In this document: positions 40,583 to 54,106 of the stretch, one piece after another
Numbering within the stretch: position 1 is the first letter of the stretch
How the letters are laid out: every line of letters starts with the position of its first letter
Assembly (NCBI GenBank): GCA_051294375.1
Contig: CM119267.1
Span: 16,669,637 to 16,733,636, forward strand
Direction: 5' to 3'
Source of the DNA: Paraspadella gotoi
Taxonomy: Eukaryota > Animalia > Chaetognatha
Length of the DNA: 64,000 bases
Made by a program: the position numbers and the translations under genes
The notes under the pieces: generated by a model
Told to the model about the DNA's origin: nothing
What the model saw: the letters and a program-made list of their open reading frames with translations, nothing else
The model's database searches: none

Positions 40583-41135
40583 TACAATAGTATTAATACA
40601 TGTTTTTTATCAGGTACACATTTAAAAGACATTCTATGCACAAAAAATAAAAGTAAAATTGACATTAAACAAAAAAAGGAGTCTATAAATATGTTTGCCC
40701 ATGCTCACAAAAATCCGTTCATTTCTTTTTTCTTTTGTCTTATCTTTTTTACCTTTTCTTATTTTTAAATTTTTTTCTTTTTTCTTTGGTCTTATCTTTT
40801 TTCCCTTTTCTTTTCCTTTCCTTTCCTTTTTTTTCTTTTCCTTTTTTTTCTTTTTCCTTTTGTCTTTTCTTTTTTTGCGTCTTTTCTTTTCCATTATTTT
40901 CCCTTTTTCTGTCAATGTTCTTTTTTTTTCTTTTTTTTCTCTTCCTTTCTTTTTCTCTACTTCTCTTTTTCTGGATCGACTAAAGAATTCCGAAGTCATC
41001 GACGAAAATGTTGCAAAGATTATGACGTTTGTACCGTCGAGTCGAAGCGGCCATAACGAAGATGGCGACGACAACAACAACAACAACGACAGCGAGAAAT
41101 TCGAGGAAGAAGAGGATTAAGACGATGACGCAGAA

Positions 41136-41185
<50 letters not shown>

Positions 41186-41825
41186 ATATATGGCTGTTAT
41201 GGAGATGCCTTGGAAATGACGAAGAGGAGTAAGAAGCACCAGAAAATAAAGAAGACGATGACGATGACGATGACGATGACGACAACTACGATGACGATAA
41301 GTTCAAAAGTTCAAGATAAGAACGACGAAATCGATTAAAAAAGATGACAGAAAATATAAGAATTAACAAGATGAAGATAAGATAATAAAATCAATGATGA
41401 CGCAATAACATTAAATACAAGTCTCAAACTAACATCGTCGACATATTGTAAATGACACGCAATTATAGAAGCAAGCAGAAACAAGATCGACGAATGACAG
41501 AGAGGAAAACAATGACGACTAAAATAAAAACGACAACGACGACGACCACAATATTTATAACGTCGAAGACGACGACGATGACGACGACGAAATCCGAGGA
41601 CGGCGCTCATCGCCATCTCGCGGTCAGAAGGTGAAAACTCGGGTCAGAAAAAAAGGCGTCAATTAGGGAGACGCCGTCGAAGATGCCGAAGACGACGACG
41701 ATGACGACGATGACGCCGGCGGCGACGGTCAAAAGACGCCGAGATCGAGAAATCTCGGAGCGTCGGCGTCGCGTCAAAACAGATCTAAACAAGAAGAGTG
41801 CAGGTGAGAGAGAGAGAGAAAGAGG

Positions 41826-41859
<34 letters not shown>

Positions 41860-41870
41860 AGAGAGCAAGT

Positions 41871-41911
<41 letters not shown>

Positions 41912-44900
41912 NNNNNNNNNNNNNNNNNNNNNNNNNATTCTCCACATTTATTCTGGTTGCTGATGACAAAGACTTCCTCGTTTGAAGTCATCTGGAAACA
42001 TGATATGGACACTGTTCGGCCCAGACTACGTTTTAAAATTGATTGCTCTGAAGTATTTACACACCCAAGGGAGAATAGACTGGTTTAAAAGGATATAAGA
42101 TTAAAACTTGCCTTTCTACCGTTATTGCAAGGGAAACATTATGTTTCGCATGGTTGGAGAGTGACGATAATGAAAATTTTGTCGGGGGGTAAGGAGTGGG
42201 CATGAATTAATTGGAAATATAAATTTTCATTTTACTTGAACAATAAGCAACATTTCTTTGCGTTTTTTAGTTTTCTAACTGTTATTACTCTTATAAGAAT
42301 CCCACAGTTCCAGAATCCACACTCGCTCAATCACACGTCGCCGGCGAGATAGGCGCTACAAGCTCACAGAAGTTGGCCACAGGTTTTTGGTAAAAAGTAT
42401 AAGACCCTGCCGCGCACAGGTTAAAGAACAATGTACATGTTACGGAGTATGTTTGACATAGAACTGTCACCTTGTTTTGAAACTTCACGAATTAAAATTC
42501 GTTCTCCATTAATACAAAAGGAAACTCTGGGATACAGGATTCCAGCGTATGGTATCACTATTTTTCAATTTTATTAAAGTATATGGAGAATATTTTGGAT
42601 GTTAATAAAACAACACACTTCGTAGATTAAATAAATTTATGGATTACTTTTAAATGACAATGTTGTAAGATGATAGAAAATAGTTATGATAACTCTACAC
42701 GAAAGTCTTTGATGTCTGTTTCCTTGCTTATTATGACACTCGGAGCACATCCCTCACCGTTGCTTTCATGTATACTCTTCACGCCTTGCACGCGTTCGTT
42801 GTTTGTTCATGCTAGTTTGTTACAGCGCCAAAGAAAAAGTGTTTTTATCAATTAAATCGAATAATAAGGAAATGCAGTTACCTCTTTTCCAAAATTAATT
42901 TTGTTGTCTATCATAATGTAATAACAATGTTAAGCATAATAAATTAAGCAATGTCAGGTATAGTGATAAAAGTAACTGGTTATTGATGATGAATAATTAA
43001 ATAATGAATATTTTTTTGGAACTGCCATAATTTTTTTGAAAAGAGGGACAGAGATGAGTGTGACATTCTTAAAAAATTTTGAACAAAATACTTGAATTGT
43101 CGCTTGTACCAAATCTTGCCAATGATTATGAACTTGCAAAATATTCAGCTCGATAGTGAGGAGACTGAACACTCTTCAATACAGGCGGGCGCTGACCTCC
43201 TGGTGTGACCAAAGGTCAAAAGTCAAAAAGGTTCACGAGAAGTCACATTTAGACGATGATCAAACGTTCTTTTATGCGTGACGGCCTAAGTAATAATCAT
43301 GGGAATGCAAAGTTAATTAATTAATTAATAAGTGTTACTTTGTTAGTTGTCTATTTCCATTCTCATGTAAGAAAGAATTGCATTTCCAATATCCGTGATG
43401 ATTCACTCATATTAAAGAACTCTAATCACCCTACCGTTGAAATTGGTGACTTCCGCATTAGAATGTGCGGGAGATTCGTCACATTATTGTTTCTTAGCAA
43501 CGACAGTAAAAAGCTAATCAAATATGTCATAATTATTATCAATCACATATTCTTCTTAAAAGTTTTATTTATAGTATTTTTCGATCATTCAATATCACAC
43601 TAACTTTATATTTTTATATTTTATTGATATTGTAATTTGATCAATCAATCTCAATCACTTAATAATTTTTTAAGCTTCAGGAAGCACCATAGATGCCGGT
43701 GGTGCATTGGCGATTCACAACAAGATGAGGATGCGAAACCATGTTCGAGATCCCATAGTTGGTGTAATTGCACACTTGATAAAAGAGAATATTTTATAAG
43801 ACTTTTTGCATCAATATGAGTTTGGATAGATTAGTAGCAACAGTTTTTGAAATTAAATTCGAGTTATTAGCCAGCTATTAAGTTGAGTCTAATCATAAAT
43901 ATCAGAATCCCTTTCTAAGCTAAACAAATGGCGTTACGTACGTCCGTCAGAGTAGGCTGAGGTTGCAAGGAAATATGTAACATTCAGTTTTAGTTTTTGT
44001 TTCACATTTGAGTTGCCAAATATTGGTTTGATTGATCATTTATTGAAATTTGCTATTTACTTTGCTTTGCCGGCTTATTCTGCAGAACTGTTTTTATGAC
44101 GCGTCTCTTTTTTTTAGTGTTTATAACTATTTATGCACATTTATCCAACTTGTTATTTAATCCTAATTATTTAGGCATTTATCTTTTTCTCCTGAGCCAC
44201 GTGTATTGTTTAGTATTTTGATTTTTGCTCCGTCCTCCATTTCTTCGTTTTTTGAATAAATAATAGTAACTTTAATTAATTATATTTATACGACTGTTCA
44301 GAATACTCTGGTGCAAACCACAAGAAATCTCGGCCCAGTGTTTTGAAAATGGACCACTTTTCTTTCTTTGATAAAAGTAAACAATTGTACTTCGTCCATT
44401 CTTTTCGCGAAATCTCTGGTAGTTTTAGCCGTCGGCTCCGGAAGGGAAACGTTCTTCTCTTTAAATTAATACTTTTGTCATTTCGCTTTACCTCTATCTA
44501 TATATACAAAGATTATTACAAACCCCCTGTGGTTTTTACTAGGCCAAGTAAATTCAGTCAGAAAACTATCTCGTAGCTTAGAGTATCAGTGACAGTTTCA
44601 GTTTGCAAATGCATAAATCATTCAACACTATAAAACGTTCAGCAAATGCCTCTGTAAATGCATATGGTTGTCGCTTGCAACTCTGCAAATATGAATCCCT
44701 ATTTTTAGAATTAAAAATGTATCCCAAGATTTTTGCTGGAAAGGGCATGGCACAAGGAGCGCGGCTGGTGAAGGGGCAGGAATGAATTCCTCACAACTAC
44801 GTTTCCATCGGGCCTGGGAACTTTATCACTGCAATTAATCGCGATTCGCTAGTGATGAAGTTGAGACCCCTGTAATTTATTTACTACACTTTTCTACTCT

Positions 44901-45608
44901 GCTCTCTTCTCTCTTCTCTCTCTTCTCTCTCTCTCTCTCACTCCGCTGAAACTTGATGGCCGTGGATCGGCGCGGTTTAACACACGATGGCGGCGTAAGT
45001 TCGTAGTCAGCAAAACGTGTAGTGTGAATAACGGATGTCGTGGTTGTGTGTGAGTGATGAATTTTCTTCCTTTCGTCGCTAAGTGATACGGTCCGCTGCC
45101 ATTCTTAATTCGAGGCCGACGCCAAATGCCTCGCCAAGAAAAATCACTAATTTTTGTTTAATGAAATTCATTTTCCCGATAGCGGAAATAGGCGAAAACT
45201 TAGTAATTCGCATAGCAGAAACGTGTTTTGGTTATTATTTTGCGAGAAATAAATAAATTCCAAAGATTATGCGTTTTTAGATTAATGCGAAACGAAAATC
45301 AAAATTTGGGCAGCAAAAAAAAAATCCCAGATAAATATTTCTTTCTTCTTTCTTTTTTTGTTTTGTACTACGCGTTGTTTATTGTTTATTCCTCGCGTTT
45401 TGTTTTTTTGGAAATCGAAAAACAAAAAAGAAAAGGAAAGAAAAATAATTTGGATTTCGGCTTCTCCGAGACGAAATTAGCAATTTCCAAAAATTTTGCG
45501 CGATCTTTTTTTTTCTTCTTCTTTCTTTCTCGCTATAAACGAAAAAAACAGAGCGGTGAAAAGTTCGATAGAAAACCAAACAATGCGAGAAAGGAAATAG
45601 TCGACATC

Positions 45609-45649
<41 letters not shown>

Positions 45650-45884
45650 CATGTTATCCTGGAAAAGTCAATTCATATCACTATGACAGAAATGAGAATA
45701 TATTTAAGTAAATTGCAATTTTTTGATGAAAAGGATTAGAACGATGACTCACACTTATAAATAAACACTTGAATTATAATCAGTTTTTTGAAACAACATT
45801 TCCCGATGTGACTCTTGCCAGTAAGAGAGGCGTAGTAGTGGATAGAAAAGCTGGCATAAAAAAAAATCTTAAGCCAATGCTTCG

Positions 45885-46127
45885 TTTCAGTTTGCAAATG
45901 CATAAATAGTTCAAACAAAAAAGTGAAGCAAATGCTTGTAAATGCAGATGGTGTCGTTGAACTCTGCAAATATGAATCCTATTTTTAGAATTAAAAATGT
46001 ATCCCACAGATTCTGAAGCATGAAATGGAGGAGAATCACGGTTCCATGGGCCTGGAACCTTTATCTCTGCAATTAATCGCGATTCGCTAGTGATGAAGTT
46101 GAAAAGACCCCTGTAATTTTTTACTCA

Positions 46128-46176
<49 letters not shown>

Positions 46177-46840
46177 GTGGAAGATTGATGGCCGTGGATC
46201 GGCGCGTTAAACGATGGCGGGTAAGTTCGTAAGTCAGAAAACCTGTGTGTGTGAATAAAGGGAATGTGTGTGTGTGTGAGGTGATGAATTTTCTTCTCTT
46301 CGCCGCTAAGTGAACCGGTCCGCTGCCATTCTTAATTCGAGGCCGACGCCAAATGCCTCGCAAGAAAATCACTAATTTTTGTTTAATTGTAAATTCATTT
46401 TCCCGATAGCGGAAATAGGAAAACTTAGTAATTCGTAGCAGAAACGTGTTTTGGTTATTATTTTCGAGAAAATAAATAAATTCCAAAGATTATCGTTTTA
46501 ATTAATGCGAAACGAAAATCGAAATTTCGGGCAGAAAAAAAAAATCCGCAGATAAATTATTCTTTCTTCTTTCTTTTTGTTTTGTACACGCGTTTGTTTA
46601 TTGTTTATTCCCTCGCGTTTTGTTTTTTTGGAAATCGAAAAAAAAAAGAAAGAAAAGAAAAATAATTTGGATTTCGGTTCTTCGAGACGAATTTAGAATT
46701 TCCAAAATTTTGCGCGAATTTTTTTTTTTCTTTCTTTCTTTCTCGCATATAAACGAAAAAACAGAGGGTGAAAAGTTCGAAGAAAACCAAACAATGCGAG
46801 AAAGAAATAGTGACAGGGAAAGAGAGAGTTAGAGAGAGAG
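45885..46840 (+). repeat. Direct noisy duplicate of about 44595-45640
   Basis: Colinear from tttcagtttgcaaatgcataaat to the (AG)n tract, with indel-dominated differences. Confidence 0.85.
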
Positions 46841-47268
46841 AGAGAGAGCAGAGAGCAGAGAGAGAGACGAGAGAGAGAGAGAGAAGAGAGAGAGCAGAGA
46901 GAGAGAGGAGAAAGCTGAAGAGCAAGAGGAGAGGAGGGAGGTGGGTGGAAAAGGTGTTAAAGATTAAAAAATAGGGGAAAGAATAAAAAGAATGAAAGAA
47001 AGAGAAGAAAGACAAGACCAAGAAAAAAAGAAAGAAAGAAAGAAAGACAAGAACAGAAAGAATGAAGACAGTGTTATTTAGCAAGAAACAGCAGCTGGCG
47101 CGAAGGAAAAGTTAGAATCGTTTGAAATGAGCGTTCGGTCTGAGTTGCGTTTGGAAAAAAGAAGAATTTCTTGCGCCACTGGATCAGACGGGAAAGAGGA
47201 GAACGTGAGATGAGAGCAGGGAGAGAGAGAGAGAGAGGAGAGAGACGAGAGAGAGAGAGGTATAGAGC

Positions 47269-47317
<49 letters not shown>

Positions 47318-47523
47318 ATGAGAGAGAGAGAGGAGAGAGAGACAGAGAGATAGAATGTGGATAGGACAAGAAGGAAAACGAGGAAGAAATAGGACGAAGC
47401 ATGAAGAAAATGAAAGAATTTGAAAGCGAAAAGCATTGCGGGTGTGGTGCAGTTAGAGAGGAGAGAGTAGAGAAGAAGGAGAGAGAGGAGTAGAGCAGAG
47501 GAGCAGAGAGAGCAGAGGAGAGA

Positions 47524-47567
<44 letters not shown>

Positions 47568-47691
47568 AATGTGGGTGGATAGGAAGAAGAAAAAGAGGGA
47601 AAGAAATAATCGAACATGAAGAAAATGAAAGAATGAAAGGGAAAGCATTGCGGTGTGTGCGAGAAGAGAGATGAATAGAGAGAGATAGAGT

Positions 47692-47809
<118 letters not shown>

Positions 47810-48315
47810 TAGGAGAGAAGAAGAGAAGAAAGCAGAGAGTTTGTGACGAGGCGTCCGAAAATCATTTAGTCGCGACTGAAACAAAACAACTTTTTTTTAT
47901 CCATTTCAAAAAAAAAAAGAAAGAAAGAAAAATCCAAATAAGACCCCCCCATTTTTTTCTCTCAGCAAGCAAAAGGAGCAAGCACAGCTGTTGCGACGCA
48001 TATAACGCTCGCCGTTCGAGACAAGCTTTAACTGACTTCCTTTTACGGTCGGTTCCACTCGTTCCAGTCAGAATCAACGATTTACGCGAAACTCTTAAGG
48101 ACAGAGACTCAATTAGCGGCATTATAAACGACTTTCCACCGACAGTCTCACTCCTGTTTTGCAAACTCATACAACGTCAGAGAAATTTTATACGAATTCT
48201 GGTTTGAGATAAAATGACGGCGCGACTTGAGTTCAAAGCTCGTTATGATACTCTCGTTTTGAATTCGGGCATCGCATAAGTTCAGCCCGCCTATAAGCAT
48301 GACACCTTCAGTCTT

Positions 48316-48506
48316 GACCCGGTGGCTCATTGAGTAAAGCCATCATCATGACCAAGAGGTACCGGTTTCAATCCCAACTCGGTATCCACCCAGAAACGAG
48401 TGAGGACGTCCCTAAACCGCCTTTTGAGCCTAGAAAACCCTTAACACTGGTTCCAAGCCCAGGACCCGATCCATTGCTGCTGAGGGGGCAGAGAAGATAC
48501 GGATAG
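48316..48506 (+). mobile_element. tRNA-derived SINE (191 bp) with 7-bp target-site duplication
   Basis: Starts GACCCGGTGGCTCATTGAGTAAAGC (A-box-like). B-box-like GGTTTCAATCC at 48364-48374. Flanked by the direct repeat CAGTCTT at 48309-48315 and 48507-48513. Confidence 0.75.
48398..48462 (+). ncRNA. Candidate twister ribozyme (probably circularly permuted) within the SINE body
   Basis: P4 CTGG/CCAG closes the loop TTCCAAGC (twister consensus UCCCAAGC). UAA-ACC-GC at 48413-48420. P3 TTGAG/CTTAA. GAGT-GAGGA at 48398-48406 supplies the P2 3' strand and a T1 pseudoknot GGA:UCC. Confidence 0.6.
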
Positions 48507-49187
48507 CAGTCTTCAGCCCACTTAGCGCCTTATCCAGTTTCAAGCACGACAGCAGTTTCGAAGCCAAGCTTGTTTTTGAAGAGACAAAAATTGCGGTTTT
48601 AATGCTGTATCAAGCTCGCTTCCAGCGCGACCTTAACCGCAGTGCCAAGCTCAGTCCAAACGCGTTCGTAATAGCAGTGCCAAGCTCGAAACGATAATGG
48701 CGCCGCTTCCGTTCTCCAACGAACTTCGGCGTAAACGGAAAAAAAAAAAGAATTTCGGCGTAAGAATTTCTCAAGAAATGTTACCGATTCTAATTAGCGG
48801 GTCGACCCTGAACCAGGCGCCCGGAACGGCGCCCGAAAACCGGCGCGCCTCTCGTGCCGGCGCCATTATCGGCGCGGCGTTCTGGTCGACGCCCGTTTAA
48901 GCGCCCCTTCCGCGTTGCGTCCTTCTCGAGTCTCACGCGTGAAAATTACAAACGCCGAATTCGCCTTTTCACGTTTGGAGATTAAGTGGAAATTTATAAT
49001 TTGGTTAAATCTTTCATCATTCCACATTTATTTGTGGATTAGAAGCCCTTTGAATAATCCCTCCTGATTTAGCGGCCTTTGGTTGGGATGGTACGACTTT
49101 GTTATTGTTAAATGTGCATATTTATGATAATTTTTTTTTCTTAGAAACATCCGTAAAACTCTCTGAAAACCTCAATTATTATGTATG

Positions 49188-49313
49188 CTGCTATGTCATT
49201 ATCTTGTAAGTGTGATGGCGGCCTTAAACCACCAAAACCTGAGCAAAGTGAGGGGCAAGATAGCTTATTTAATAAATGAACGGATAATTTTTATATTGGT
49301 TGTACCAATTTCA
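49188..49313 (+). mobile_element. Second, shorter copy of the same dispersed repeat (AMSLSCKCDGGLKPPKPEQSEGQDSLFNK*)
   Basis: Colinear and indel-free with 23132-23258; same stop position (49277-49279). Confidence 0.5.
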
Positions 49314-49729
49314 TATTAAATAATTTATATGTCATATATATAATATATATATATAATTTCGTAGTCACTGAATAGCTACCGATGAAGCTAACAAAAAAAA
49401 ATAACGCCCAACTAGCCAGCGAGCACACGCCGCCCTAGCAACGAGAAACGAAAGGGAAGCCAACTCGGTTTCCAAGCAACGGAGCTGAAATCTCGAAGAT
49501 CGTGATCACTCATTTCCGCTTCGATTTCCGCGGAATTGACCTCCATCGCTTTTATCTTTCCCAGTTCACCGGAAAAAGGGGATCCTTCTTTCCTTCTATT
49601 TTTTTCCTTCCTTCTTTCTTTCTTTCTCTTCCTTTCCAGATTTACGTACTTACGTAGCTCTGTATAATTCAGGTTTTTTTTTTCGTTTGTTTGTTCTGTT
49701 CCTGTTCTGTTCCTCTCTTATTGAGTTCT

Positions 49730-50070
49730 TTTTAGTTGCAACCGCGATTACTCGCGGAGAAACTCTAAAAGTCACTTTTCGGTCGGTCTGTCGGTTGGTC
49801 CGTCGGTATGTCTGTCCGTCGATCTGTCCCACTTACGTTAAAATGCTCATAACTTGCATATAGTTGGTTGCTCATTCGTTAAGACCAGAAAAACCCTCAA
49901 ATATAAGTGACTGCTAGCGCCGCCTTTCAGGAAATAAAAGACAGAAGACAAAATTCCGATGCGGTGCTTGTCATAAATACACGGACTAAGAAAGTTATGG
50001 TAGTCATGTAATCATGTCATGTCACAAGAATCACACGTGATAAGGCAGTCGCTGCGGAGCAACACATTCC
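49730..50070 (+). mobile_element. Helentron-associated (DINE-1/HINE-like) non-autonomous element
   Basis: Begins in a T-run (TTTTAGTTGC), then the hairpin CCGCGATTACTCGCGG and a GGTC/TGTC/CGTC microsatellite. Homologous to 13971-14193. Confidence 0.6.
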
Positions 50071-50481
50071 AATTCCGTTCTTTTCTATCTTAGCTTTTAC
50101 TTTCTTCCCAATTTTTCTCCTCCTACTAATTTTGTTATTCTTTTCAATTTTCTTCGGTTTTCATACTAATAGATTACTCGTAATGCATGTTATATTTCTT
50201 ATAATTTTTAAATTCTATTTTCTTTTGGTATCTTCATGATATTAATTATTCTTTCTTTCAGTTGTAACGTTTCCTACTTTCCTATTTCCTTCCTTTCGAT
50301 GTTTCATAATTTTCTTCATCCCGCCGTTTGGCCCGTTTCCCTAATTTTCCGATTTTCTGTTATTTTTTTTTCGCGCTTTCCTTCTGCTCGAGCGACTGAG
50401 TCCATGTAATTATGACACATTTAGCAAATCGAAATATCCTTGAGTCAGACCCGTACTAAGTCTGTCTGTCTATCTGTCTGT

Positions 50482-50517
<36 letters not shown>

Positions 50518-50669
50518 ACTCTCTATATCTCTCTCTCTCCTTACTCTCTCCCCCGCTCGTTCCGCATCTTCCTGTTTTCTCCGTCCAGAGCGAAGCATCA
50601 ATATTTTAGTCTCGGACCGAAATCGACTTCATCCCTAAGGATTCGATCTCGAGATTCTGCCTCTTTTTT

Positions 50670-50728
50670 TCTTTCTTCCTTCCTTCCTTCCTTCCTTCCT
50701 TCCTTCCTTCCTTCCTTCCTTCCTTCCT

Positions 50729-50800
<72 letters not shown>

Positions 50801-50832
50801 TCCTTCTTTCTTTCTTTCTTTCTTTCTTTCTT
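50670..50832. repeat. (TTCC)n-(TTTC)n compound microsatellite; similar tracts at about 2094-2180 and 62425-62580 (GAAA)n
   Basis: Read directly. Confidence 0.95.
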
Positions 50833-52936
50833 TTCCAGAATCAATCGTAAAAAAAAAAAGCAATAAATTTATATGAACAAGAAAATAGTTTTCCCAAACA
50901 TAAAAAAAATCTAATTTCTATTTTGGTCAGATCGAGTCTGTTTTGAAGGTTTAATAGTGTACATGCTTTTCAAAATCAATTTGTTAAAGCCGACACGAGA
51001 AAAAACGACCGTCGTAAAATAAATAAGAAAATAGAAAATAAAATAACTAAATAACATATAAAAAAAGGTAAAAAATGAAAGCTAAGCCCGTTATTATTTT
51101 TTTTTTTTTAACTTTTTACTTTTGTTCGGAGTCACGATTCTTTGCGTTTGCAAGAAAATATTTTATCGAAAGTTCCCGGGTTCGAAACCGAGAATCGCTT
51201 TCGGTTTTCACCGATAATTCGATTTGAAAACCTCTCAGTCGGAGAGAGAAGATAGGATTTCTCTCTGGTCGGACGTTGGTCTGTTAACGAAAACAAACCG
51301 CGTGGCGGCGGAGAGGACGATGGCTGCGGCGTTAATAAATTATACTGCGCTGCGCCGCGGAGAAGAAAAGCTGTAAAAAAAAAAGTGATTAAACGGAACT
51401 AAAATGTATATCGAGTGAAAACAAAGTAATTCAGTTGCCTTCCATTGACTACAATTTAAAGTATTCAATCAAATCATCATTCAATGGACATACAAACATG
51501 TTGTAAACGATAACCCACTACGCTATTGGCCACCAAAACCGACTCCGTCTAAAACGCAAACTTTCTTCCTTCTCAACGACGACCAGAAAGTCAATCTTCT
51601 TCGTTGCCAAGGCGACGCTTCTGTCACAACCTTCCGCCGATGGTCCCCGACGTTGCGTTTCCTTTTTTCTTTCCTCCTAAACGAGGCAAGACCTCAAAAA
51701 CAAAGCAAAAAAATGTCTTTTTCTAACGATTTCAATTTGTGGGATTTTCCCAGGCGTAAAACGCAGGCGCCTCGTCACAAAGGAAGACAGATGGCCCCTG
51801 AAAAAAAGACAAAAGACCGTCGTGTTGCGACAACGACGACGACGACGACGACGACGCTGATGATGATGAAGACGACGACTAGCTCGGCTCCGACGGTGAG
51901 ATGTCGACGACGAATGGAGCAATCGGCTTTTAAAAAAAGCAATGGCATCCGCTGAGAATAAAGCAAAGACAAAGGGGGTTGTAAAAAAAGCAATGGCACC
52001 CGTAGAGATTAAAGCAAGGACAAAGCTGGCTTTCACAACGGAATAAATTAATATATAATATGTTTTATTCCTCAAAACGTTAAATAATTGCGTCGAATCC
52101 GATATCAGATATCAGGTATCGCAAATTAATACCGGATAATCCGTCAATTAATTGACCGAGAGACTCGAAAGAAGAATCCAACGACATCGATGAGCATCGA
52201 GTCGGATTTTGCAATGAAAAAAAATTGTCAGCGTTTCGCCCTTGGGCATTCCATTGCACGCTTGCCCAAGTGCTTGCTCAGAGGGGAAGGCGATGGAGGC
52301 ATTTTCCAGAAGTAAATTAAATCTGACGAATTTTTTTTTTAAGAATGTTTTTCTTAGTCGAGGTTGGAGAGTCCAGGCATTGCGCATAGTGTTTGTGCTT
52401 CGAGCTTGTTATTAACACAGCCTGGAGAGAGATTGGAAAGGTATTGCCAGGTATTGCCCAATTGACGCCTATTGTTGCTGTTTTTTGTTTTTTGTTATTG
52501 TTCTTTTGTTTTTTTGGTTTTTGTTTTTGTTCTTTATTCTAGATTTCCTTCACGCCACGTTTCGAATCCGCGCCCGTTTTCGTGCTTCTCAGCGGATATT
52601 GTATTTCCTTTTCTTTTTATATTTTCTCTTTTTCAATTTCCTTTTTTAATTCTCTTCCTTTATACAAACCTTACTTTTACTATTTCCCCGTTAGAAGACT
52701 TTTATTTCTTACTCTCAGGTTTATCGCCCTTTTTCCTTTTCCTTTCTTTTCCTTTTTTTTTCTCTCGTTACCCTTTTCCTCTCTTAATTTTCCACTCTTT
52801 CCCCTTTTTTCCCTTTACGATTCCGTTGCCGGCAGTGCGTACCACTTCCTATGATATAAATCTAAAAAGAATCGATTTTTGTTCCCAGCGCCACGGTGGG
52901 TCTTGGAAGGGTGTGGGTGGAGGTGGGGGAGCTGGA

Positions 52937-53033
<97 letters not shown>

Positions 53034-53801
53034 TAAAGGCAGGGCGCTAAAGAGGAAATAGGAAACGGAGAAGAAAAGGAGGAGGATGAAGGCAGAGCAT
53101 TTCTGAGAAATGAACCCAGAAAGGATAAGTTTAGATAAGGAAGAGAAAGTATGAATGAATAGGGAACAACCCTGGAAAAAATATTACACGAGGAAAGAGG
53201 GAAGAAAGAAATTTAAAAAAATAAAAGCCAGAAAATAAATGGCATCAACGGGAGGAGAGAGGGAAAGAGATAAAGCCAGACTGAGATAACTTTCGGTTAA
53301 TCCCTCGTAAATGATTAATAAATGGAATCTTTTACTGACATTTTGATAGATTTTTTTTAGCGTTTCACTTTAGGGAAAGTTAGAACAATAGGAGAATTTA
53401 AATAGCTGCTTCAAATTTAAAAAAAAACGTAGCAAAAAAAGAAAAGAAAAAAGGGGGAAAATTAATTAGGTCATTGGGAGGAGAAAAAAAAGGAGGAAAA
53501 GCGACGTGAAATCTAATTCGAGGTTTTAATCTCATTTGGAAGATGCAAGATGTCGCGGGGCCCGATTTATCGGGGTTTTTTTTGTTGTCGTTTTCTTTTT
53601 TTTTGTTGATTCTCTTGTTGTTGTCGTTATAGACATTTTTTAGTCGTTGTTGTAATTTTTGTAGGATTTACATATATGTCATGTTGTTGATGGGTAAAAG
53701 TAGGTTAAGTTTCAGTTGTTGTTGTTGTAGTTAATAATGCATTTTGCATCAGCATCAGCTTCGTCGTCGTTGTTATTGTCGTCTTTAGGGGGAATGACCT
53801 G

Positions 53802-53926
<125 letters not shown>

Positions 53927-54037
53927 CTATCTCTCTCTCTCTCTCTCTTCTCAGTGTCACTACCACTAACCAGCGGCGATATTGACTAATGATATCGGAC
54001 TATAAAAATAACGTACTAACTTGAGCGTTATGGATCC

Positions 54038-54106
<69 letters not shown>

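Noticed and set aside
40980-41330. Acidic D/E-rich reading frame
   Set aside because: Produced by (GAC/GAT/AAC)n repeats and interrupted by stops; no splice structure.
51178-51192. B-box-like GGTTCGAAACC
   Set aside because: No A-box or cloverleaf upstream, so not a tRNA.
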